Source of the DNA: Ruditapes philippinarum
Lineage: Eukaryota
Assembly (NCBI RefSeq): GCF_026571515.1
Contig: NW_026863663.1
Location: forward strand, 1-64,000
Length of the DNA: 64,000 nucleotides
Reading direction: 5' to 3'
Shown: piece after piece, positions 41,970 through 51,009 of the stretch
How the letters are laid out: the number at the start of each line of letters is the position of its first letter
Position numbering within the stretch: the stretch's first letter is position 1
Position numbers and translations under genes: made by a program
Notes under the pieces: generated by a model
What the model was told of the DNA's origin: nothing
The model's input: the letters and a program-made list of their open reading frames with translations, nothing else
The model's database searches: none

Positions 41970-43128
41970 TGCCTATCAAACTATTTATGACAAGTTACTA
42001 TAGGCCTATCGTTAAACGGTCCAGTTACGACAGGTTTAAACCCCGGTATTGCTATTTTTTGATTAGGCCAATGAAAATTGAAGAAACGAGGTTTTTTTAA
42101 ACCATTTTTTTTAAAGTTCATAAAACCCTTAGATTTATATTGCCGTTTTGATAAAGATCTCTGCGAGTAGATACAGAAAATGTATTATTATATGGATATA
42201 CTTTTACTGTTTTCTGAGATAGGAGAAGTTTCAATATGGGCAGACCAAAATCAACTCATGCGGAAAAAAGCGCATAAACTTTTTTTTCGTTTATGAACGA
42301 AACATAGTTATGTTTGGTATAAAATTGGAAGGTCTTGAGGGAAGTAAAAATTTTAGTCACGGCGATAAAACCCCGGAGGGTGAAATCCCCAAATTTGCGC
42401 AAAAAAAATATATTTTTTTGGTTACAAAGGGGCAACCAAAAATACGAAAAATGATTTTTAATTTTTTAAACTACCAATTGAAAGAACATTTTAAAAACCC
42501 CCTTTTTAAATTAAACACCCCACTTATCGTTTCGTTTTCCCAACTGTTACAGGGGTTAAATTACGAAACAGCGTTTTTTTAAACCCAAAATTTTTTAAAA
42601 AGTTTAAAAAAAACCCCTTAATTTTTTATACCGTTAAAAAAGATCTGACGAGTAGATTAAAAAATGTATAAGTTTTTTGGGTCTATTTTTATAAAGGTTA
42701 CTGGGGGATATTACAGATATAGCCCTTTATTTAAATTTTAAAACCCCCCAAAGGGTTAAAATAATGCGTTATTGCACTACATTGTTCAAAAAAATATTCA
42801 AACGACTGGTGGTGTTCTTTATTTATGGGTCGATTTTATCCATCTTGGTATCAAATTAAAAGGTATTTAAGAGTTCATTCAAACGCTGTTGATAATAAAG
42901 TTCATACTGGAAGTCAAAATCACTACTCATGCGTTAAATGGACAATTTTCTCCGCTTATTTCTTGGACAATAAACGATGGGTATGTTGCATTATATCAAA
43001 CGAAAGGTCTTGACAAATGCGACAAGCTGAAACTAACAAACCCGCAAGTGAAACCAATCACGCGTAAAAAATCATTAAAATAACTAAAAATACAAGATTT
43101 AACCCCAACCTTTAACTCCTCGCTATCT

Positions 43129-43217
43129 AAATCGGGCAATGGAAATGAAATTGCTAACGGTTAACGTAATAAATGGAGTAAAAGGAAGCGTTCGGATTGG
43201 TCACTGATAAGACAGTA
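43129..43217 (+). repeat. Inner inverted-repeat segment, pairing with 46117-46200
   Basis: aataaatggagtaaaag(g)aagcgttc.gatt.gtcactgataagacagta is present in inverted orientation in both arms. Confidence 0.85.
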
Positions 43218-43288
43218 TTCTGATTGACTCGAAAAGCAGGTTGGACAACCGTTCGCTTGCAATGTGTTAAAAAATACATAAAACAAGT

Positions 43289-43526
43289 GAGGAGGAGGAG
43301 GAGGTGGAGGAGGAGGAGGTGGGAGGAGGAGGAGGAGGAGGAGGTGAAGGAGGAGGAGGAGGGAAGGGAGGGGAGAAGGTGAAGAAGGTGGAGGAGGAAA
43401 AAGAAGAAGCAGGAGGGGTAGGAGGTGTAGGAGGAAGAGGAGGAGGAGGAGGTGGAGAAGGAGGAGGAGGAGGAGAAGAAGGAGGGGAGGAGGAGGAGGA
43501 GGTGGTGGCGGAGGAGAAGGAAAGGA
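43289..43526 (+). repeat. (GGA)n polypurine tract upstream of the gene block
   Basis: Direct reading; about 240 nt of almost pure G/A. Confidence 0.92.
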
Positions 43527-43620
43527 ATTTTTTTTTCCTGTATCTGCAAACGTAAGAAATCGTTAAATAAACTTGTAAGAAGGCAGATTTCTTCGGCTTT
43601 TATAAATCTTGCTAACTAAA

Positions 43621-45046
43621 ATGAATAAGTGTTCTGTATGTAATCAGGTGTTCTCTAGGGCTTGACAACATGCGAAGACATGAACGTTATATGCATAGCA
43701 GTAAACGACACAGTTTAAAAAGTAATTCTCTATTACAAGAAGTAACTCAAGGGAAAACTTCAGAAAAGATGACATTTCACCACCCTTTTTCCATGGTTGT
43801 TTCCGGACCCAGTGGTAGTGGAAAAAACAGAATGGACCAGAACACTGCTGTTATCTAACCTAGTACGTCAGCCCGCCTGAACGCATCATATGGTGTTTCG
43901 GACAATGGCAACCTCTGTACGATGAACTTCAACGTAGAATACCTTGGATAGAATTTGTACGAGGTATCCCCGACTACTTGAATAATCCCGAGTACATCAA
44001 CGCCAGCAAAAGGAAACTTTTTGATCGTTTTTGACGATTTGATGACAGAGGCCAAATGTGACCAGAGAATCGCCGATCTTTTTACCAAAGGCAGTCACCA
44101 CAGGAACATATCTATCGTGTATCTGACTCAAAATTTATTTCCTCAAGGAAAAGCCTGCAGAGATATCGCGTTGAATACGCAGTACCTAGTATTATTCAAT
44201 AACCCTATTGACAGACAGCAGGTGGCTACGTTAGCGAGGAGAATATATCCTTCCTCCTATAACATCTTTATGAAACGCTTCGAACGAGCGACATCGAGAC
44301 CTCACGGTTATTTGGTAATAGATCTTAAATCCAGTACACCTGAACATAATCGTTTACGTAATGACATTTTTGAGGCCAATAATCCTGAACTTAGAAAACG
44401 GATGGATATACCTCCGGAGAACCAGTTACACGGTGAAGGTAATTCGTTTGACACGACGATAAATGATGATGATGATGATGATGAAGATGCAAAATGATGA
44501 TGAAGATGCAGATGATGATACTGATAAAGAGCATATATAGAGGGTGGTGATAGAGGTGTAAAGAGACAAGCCTTTTTTATGGGACCTCCTGGTAAGCGTA
44601 TAAAAGAAGAGCTCAAAGAAGAACGCAAAACGTCATGACATATGGGATAGAAGATTTCAAAAGCCTTTACGACAGTCTTGTAAAGAACAATTTAAAGACG
44701 GGCTAAACAGTTACATAGATCAAGAGTACTCTTTTGATGAGGCTTATGCTCGCACTGCTAATGATGCGTTGCCACATTTGAGAAAGAAGATGAGACAAAA
44801 TTATGCCCAGTTTTCTGATTGACTTTTACGCATTACAAGAGGACCCCACTCAGCAACAAATACTCCAGTCAGCGAAGAAACTTAGACATCAGCACGACAT
44901 GACCATTGAAGAATCAATCCAACAAGCCGTTAAACTTAGAAAAGACCGGTTTTGAGGCGTTATGGCCTAATCACGACATCAAGGATTTTAATGGTGAGAA
45001 TAATAAAGATGATGACAATGAAGATCACAAATCAGATGGAAAATAA
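43621..45046 (+). CDS. C2H2 zinc finger + A32/FtsK-HerA-type DNA packaging ATPase + acidic linker + helical C-terminal domain (~471 aa after removing 10 homopolymer +1 bases)
   Basis: Reconstructed MNKCSVCNQVFSRLDNMRRHERYMH (C2H2), HPFSMVVSGPSGSGKT (Walker A), LIVFDDLM (Walker B), LFTKGSHHRNISIVYLTQNLF and PHGYLVIDL, typical of Polinton ATPases. The ATPase call is firm; the fusions depend on frameshift correction. Confidence 0.85.
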
Positions 45047-45092
45047 AAATATCGTAAGAATGATCTTTGCTCCTTTACTTTCAAAACACAAC

Positions 45093-45480
45093 ATGGGTTC
45101 CATAGAGGTGTACGATCATAAACAACAAAAATGGGTGCCGTATATAGATGACCCAGATAAATGGTATCAGCATTTTAAAGATTTGAGAGACGGTTACGTG
45201 ACACCCGATCATAGAGGCCGGTACATTATAGGTAGCGGTAATTCGCGTAGAAGGCTCGTGACACTAGAAACAAAGCTCAAAGAAACGGAGAAAAAGCTTA
45301 AAGAAACGGAAGAGAAGCTTCAAAATGCACAACGCCCTGTGGTTAATATGGTTAGCCCCGTGGCTCAAGCGGTTGAAATGGCAAAGTCGGAAGTAAAAAC
45401 GATTACGTGATTCCAATATAGAAACGTCGGCACCTAAGAAGCGTAAAACGGATATTGACTGGACTCGGTTCACTTTCTAA
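45093..45480 (+). CDS. Small Polinton-associated protein with coiled coil and basic tail (~128 aa after one frameshift correction)
   Basis: MGSIEVYDHKQQKWVPYIDDPDKWYQHF...IIGSG...LETKLKETEKKLKETEEKLQ...VNMVSPVAQAVEMAKSEVKR...APKKRKTDIDWTRFTF; the stop lies 1 nt before the protease ATG. Confidence 0.65.
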
Positions 45481-45481
45481 A

Positions 45482-45917
45482 ATGGATAATTACCAGCTAG
45501 AAAATATATTGAAAAGATACCCAGTGACAGTGTGTGCGGCTGATGAAATTCGTAAACAAAACGGAAGATTTGTGATTTCAAACACAGATACGAGTAACGG
45601 ACCGGGAAAACATTGGGTAGTTTTCTATTTTCCTAGACACGGACCTTACGAATATTTCGACTCGGTTGGAAATAGTCCAGAAAAGCTATGGCGTGGGATT
45701 TGATAAGATACTTAACAAGAAATATCTCAGAAACTACGGCCAACTACAACAACTTTCGTCTAATGTGTGCGGCCTCTACTGCGCATACTATGTCATAAAA
45801 CGATATCAGGGAAAGACTTTGAAAAACATCGTCAAAGAATTTGATCCGTATCAGAAGAAGCACAATGATCGTTCAGTAGTGTTTAAAATGAAGAAACTAA
45901 TTAGAAAAAAGAAGTGA
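45482..45917 (+). CDS. Adenain-like (adenovirus/Polinton-type) cysteine protease (~144 aa after one frameshift correction at 45681-45684)
   Basis: NTDTSNGPGKHWVVFY (His), YEYFDSVG (Asp), QLQQLSSNVCGLYC (Gln, Cys); catalytic set intact. Confidence 0.92.
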
Positions 45918-45960
45918 CAAAACAAGTATATCACTAGTTTTAAAACAATGTTCTGTATGA

Positions 45961-46002
45961 AATAAAAATATAAATTACCATGTGTTTTGTTTTTTATTTA
46001 TT
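45961..46002. terminator. Probable bidirectional polyadenylation region
   Basis: AATAAA at 45961 followed by a GT/T-rich tract, with TTTATT (minus-strand AATAAA) at 45993 and 45997. Confidence 0.5.
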
Positions 46003-47086
46003 CCCATAAGAATAGCCTTATGCTACTGCTATTGCCCCGTAATACAAGACAACTAGTCCCCGCCTCTCTCTGTTTAGTCCAATCATGTTGCAGTTAGACT
46101 AATGAAAATGTGCAAGTACTGTCTTATCAGTGACTAATCAGAACGCTTCTTTTACTCCATTTATTACGATTAACCGTAGCGATTCATTCATTTCCGATTT
46201 AGGAGTAAAGACTGGGGGTAAGCTTATTTTAGTTATTTTAATGATTTTTACGCATGAGTGATTTTAATTTTCGATTTTAGTCCGTATTCATAAAGAGCGG
46301 CTTGAGACATTTCGTTTGATACCAAACACGCCTAAAATCGGTCCAGGCGTGGTACAGAAAACACGTTTTTACGCTTCAGTGATTTCAGTTCCGGTCCAAT
46401 GGCTTTTTAAAAAGCGTCAGGTAACAGGTGTGGTAAAATGCTTTCCAACGATACCAAACACGTATATATTCGGTCAAGTAATAACGAAGAAATCGATTTT
46501 GAAATTTCTGTGACGTCACTTCCGGTGACTTTAAACTCGAATTACTCGAAAACGGTAAAAGATAAACCCATAAAACTATATATTTTCTTAATCAGCGCGA
46601 CGAGACGAATCGATTGGAAAACAGTTCTAACGTTTTTATTGACTTTCGCAATTTAGGGTTTAAAATCGCTCTTGCGTCATAACTCAAAAACGGCTGAAAA
46701 TCGAATCGAGAACCCCGGGTCAAAACGAAAGCTTTCGGTTTATTCTATCTTATAACGACTTTATCTCGAAAATTTTGAGCGTAAACGGTTGCCCAAACGA
46801 TAAAAAACCGGTTTATAGCTTAAATGTATTATAAATTTCATTTAAAATCAGTTTACAACTTTCTTATACATAAGTTATTCATTTAAAATTTATTTTTGTA
46901 TAAAAAATAAGAATCTGAAGTGTTCATAAAAATCACAACATTTGACCAGTTGCTAAGGGCAACCGTGTTTAAAATATGCAATCAGTTTACCGTAGCATGC
47001 ACTTAAAAGGAACGGTACAATATATGAAGTGTTAAAATATGTTAATGCATGCGTAGCAATTTCTCGTTAATGAGTTTTTACTTAAT

Positions 47087-47348
47087 GGTCGCTGCATTTA
47101 AAAGGATAAGATTAATGAAAAGCTATATTTATTAACGAAGGATAAAGGGTTTTTGTTCAACATAGTTCCGCTAGGTATTGTAAATCTAGACTAAGTGGCG
47201 ACTGTACTTGACGGTCGCTGCGTTTGAAAGGATAATAGATTCTTTTGTGATTAATGAAAAGTTATATTTAGTAACGAAGGATAAAGGGTTTTTGTTCAAA
47301 ATAGTTCCGCTAGGTATTGTGAATCTAGACTGAGCGGCGACTGTACTT
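47087..47348. repeat. Tandem duplication of about 126/136 bp within the TIR
   Basis: ggtcgctgc...taacgaaggataaagggtttttgttcaa.atagttccgctaggtattgt.aatctagact.ag.ggcgactgtactt occurs twice (starts 47087 and 47213). Confidence 0.9.
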
Positions 47349-47716
47349 AATGCCTTTTTCTTTCATTGACACCCGCGTGGGGCTGATGAAATAGCTCCTG
47401 GTGGTTGTGAAATACCGCGACTAAAAATAGATCATGCGCAGTCTACAAGAACGTTACGCTATGACAGTCATTTCCTTACTAAATGTAGGTAAGTAAACGA
47501 GTTATATTTTATAAATATTATTTATTTTGAACATATTAAAAAAAAACTATTTGTTTTTTTATTTATAAATTAAGCACGTATCTATTTACAAACATTTCTT
47601 TTATCTGTCATAATGTTAATTATCTCTCCGTCTAGGGCCGAGGACCTGACCCTCAATGTCCGCGATTCAAGCCCTAAATCGTGTATACGAGTCAGCTCCG
47701 TATACTTCCGGGAGAT

Positions 47717-47802
47717 TAAAAATAGAACGATAATGTCATTCTAAAAATAGACGGATGATCACATTCTCAAAATAGAACGATGATGTCATTCTAAAAATAG
47801 AA
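47717..47802. repeat. Subterminal 25-bp tandem repeats (about 3.4 copies)
   Basis: Units of consensus taaaaatagaacgatgatgtcattc at 47717, 47742, 47767 and a partial copy at 47792. Confidence 0.9.
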
Positions 47803-47858
47803 TCCAATATGGCGCCGCGCATGCGCAGTCGTGGCCCTAAACCGGCGCCTATACTACT

Positions 47859-47864
47859 CATCTG
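47859..47864. repeat. Right target-site duplication CATCTG
   Basis: Matches 40190-40195. Confidence 0.9.
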
Positions 47865-50800
47865 ATATAAAACAAGCACTTTATACAAATGTATTTTTAA
47901 TGCATATTTTTCTACAGCAGATTTTGTTTTATCATAAACCACCATGATCGATTTACTTTTTCCAAAACCCATAGAAAACATCTTAAGACAAAATAAAAGA
48001 CATTTGTGATTTATTACAACTTACTTTTGCTTTATTTGTCTAAAGAATGACAGTATGTACTTATATTTTATAAGCAGGATAATAAAATAGTTTACAAATC
48101 ATTTTAGAAATTTCCCTGAAAAAAAGTTCTTGTCCAAAGACATGTTGTCATTATAACAAATAAAGTCTGAATGACATGCTGATGAATTACAAGTCTGTTA
48201 CCTTAGTGATTATATTTCTCATTAGAAACGAAGACGACAACTACAGCAACGTTGATGATGATGGTGTCAATTTTCCGTCCAACTTATCATTTACAAAGTA
48301 CCAAACAAAATATATTCATGTGATATAAAAAGAGGTCCCCGCCCCCCACCTCGCGAATACCGGTGACAATTGGCAAAAAAGCGCCATCTTGAGAAGGGTT
48401 TAGGTCAGGGAATCGCATTGTAACGGTTGGCTGAAAAAAGTGCAGGGAAAACCGTATGAATCACTTTATACATGAGGTGATTGGATGAGAATGGGGTAAT
48501 TTTAAGTATAAAAACTAATTTAAAAAGTAACACTACATTGTTTTCTGAAGAAAATGAAATATTTCATGAGTCTCTATGATAATTTTGACTTTGAAGTCAT
48601 TTTGCAAAAAAATTGGTTGGCTACCACTATATAACAGGAACATTTTTATGTGTCAGGCATTTCATTCTGCTAGAAAAATCACCTCTTTAGCATGAAAACT
48701 CAATTTTAAGGTAGGATTAGGGACCATTTCTTATAATGTTAGTCTATGGAAATATCAATGTGAGTGTCTGACCTTTATAAGATTTGGAATACCACAATTT
48801 CACTCTAGCCCTTACGCCACCCTGACAAATCCGTTTTCTAACGGCTGTTAATATATCACATTTCCTTCAGCGATAATATATTAATTTAATTTACTGGTTA
48901 TCTGTTCATAAAAAAACTAAGGAGTATACTGTTGGTGATTATGCATAAACAATGAAAGCATTTTTCTATAACAAAAAAAGAAATGCCACTGATTATCCTT
49001 ATCATAATAAATAACGGAAAAGGCATTGTTTCTCGTCTACTAAGCCAAATTCTGTCAGTTTTAGAAATCAAAATCACACGAACATTGTTCGTCACGAAGC
49101 TATCACATGTGGACGCGCATTACTGATGATTAAGCTGGCATATTGACATTGGAATAATCACGGGCACATGCGGAAAATTTCATCGTTTTCACGTCAGTGA
49201 TCAATGATATGAATCAATCATCAAGCATTGAGTTCTCGAGACCTTCTGTTGACAGATGATGCACTAAAATCTAAACACAAGAGGAAAGAGACAACAACAA
49301 GAGTACTGTATATTAAACTTATATGTATATTATATATATATCTTGATACTATAGATATCTGGCCTGATTATTTTTCGATGATCCATTAGCATTTCGTAAT
49401 TTGCTTAATGACATTGGAACTTATAAGGTTGATCAAGTTTGTTTTATTTAAGTTAGTTATGTTTTGTCCTTTATAGAGATTTATGTTAACAATTAGCCAC
49501 ATTTTAATGATGCTGAAAAGCACTTGAATTGCCGATTTTCGACATCATTCAGCTAATGAAGTAGACCCCCCCCCCCCCGCCAAAAAAACAAAAAAAGACT
49601 TTTCAACTTGTATTACATAATTCTAAACGTGTTACCATATCACCGTGTTAACTTCTTATAGTATTAATAAAATACACATTATAATAACACCGCTAAAACG
49701 TACTTCTTTGTTTAATAATATATGTTAAAAATGTTTCATTCACGATTGATTTAGTCTGCGTACAAAGATTAACAATCGTTACATTTCTTTCCTGTGACGT
49801 ATTTCGTCTTTTCTTCACACGTAGTTTGTTGAAAATATTTAGTACTATAAGTCAAATATACTTATACCTTTACGCATAAAAATATACATATCCGTTAAAG
49901 ATCTTCGTTTGCTGTTTTTATCTTCTAGTAATTTTTATGTCAATTTTATGCTTTGTAATGAATTCATATCAACATGTTAAACGATGATATTTGCATACAA
50001 TAAAACAGTGTACCGCGGTAAACTTTGTGATGTCTCTTTATTATTTGTTTTATTACCACTTTAATAATCATCTCATTTTATTGTTTTATTGTTCAATACA
50101 GACACTTAACATATGACGATAGATATAATGAAATGCCACAATATATTTATTATCGCCATATAAATTTAATCTTTTTTCATTTGAGAAGAAAAGATTTCAT
50201 GAATAGGTTATCATTTTAAGAGCAATGTTAATAAACACGCAGTGTGATATTTCAGTCGGTAAGAGCTGTGCTTACAATTTACCATGATTGTTATAACATG
50301 CCTATGTGCTATTAAGTTTCGAATGGTAATCTAAATAAATAATATAGATCTATAGAACACGAAGGAAAAACTCCAATCGCTGTGTTTACCTGTGGTATCT
50401 TTCTAATGCACTAATAGATACAAAAAAATGACAAAACCATCGAATAAATTATATTGACAGTATCCACTTGTTCATTTGGTTCTTTTTTGTTTGTTTGTTG
50501 TTTTTATTTTTATTTGAATAAGGTATGTAAATGAACACTCATAATCTAGTTATTTAATGTACAAATGCTCCTCTGTTTAGAAAAGTAGTACTGAAAGGAA
50601 AATGTTATAACTTAAACCAATGGAAAGCCAAGATATCTTATTGTATCCATTATTTTAGGTTTGAAATTGAGTTCATAACATCTCAGATAAATGACCGTTT
50701 CGTTTGAGGTATATATTTTGGCAGTTTTTCACGTCATCTCGCCTTTTAAATATATATAAACCTTATTCCTAATGCAATGGTCAAGCGAAATTAAAATGTC

Positions 50801-51009
50801 GCTCTGGTAGCAACGAACTTAAAACGGCTAGTAAATAACTTTAATTGCTGGAGTTTCTTTCTTCACAATGACCAAAATGACCTATATCAATATGTACAAA
50901 ACTCTGAAACAATTTAGGAAGAGCGATTAAGCCACAGCTAAGCAACAGAATTCATGTTGATGTTGGAATTACAATGATCTATCTTTATGTCATTATATTC
51001 TCCGGCATC

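Larger units (their letters stand above)
40196..47858. mobile_element. Miniature non-autonomous Polinton/Maverick (adintovirus-like) element, 7.66 kb
   Basis: 6-bp TSD, right terminus ...atACTACT (AGTAGT on the minus strand), ~1.66-kb TIRs, packaging ATPase and adenain-like protease. No pPolB, integrase or capsid ORF, and no room for them. Confidence 0.92.
46201..47858 (-). repeat. Right terminal inverted repeat (1658 bp, clean copy)
   Basis: Starts aggagtaaagactgggggtaagctt and ends ccctaaaccggcgcctatactact. Confidence 0.95.
38120..50560 (-). pseudogene. Decayed paralog array unit 2, split by the Polinton-like insertion
   Basis: Early blocks at 38140-39760 and later blocks at 49060-50560 follow the same order as unit 1. 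Removing the 7.67-kb insertion restores a period of about 5.2 kb. Confidence 0.55.

Noticed and set aside
43154-43555. Gly/Glu-rich and Ser/Leu-rich ORFs
   Set aside because: Translations of the (GGA)n tract.
43601-43606. TATAAA as the ORF1 TATA box
   Set aside because: Only about 15 nt before the ATG, too close for canonical spacing.
44308-45473. Minus-strand ORFs 44308-44628 and 45264-45473
   Set aside because: Antisense shadows of the plus-strand genes.
47717-47802. CRISPR-like repeats
   Set aside because: Head-to-tail 25-bp units without spacers, in a eukaryotic TIR, with no cas genes.
48330-48845. GC-richer patch that could be a further DNA-transposon remnant or an extension of the Polinton
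   Set aside because: Lies outside the TSD, and I could not define paired ends or a TSD for it.
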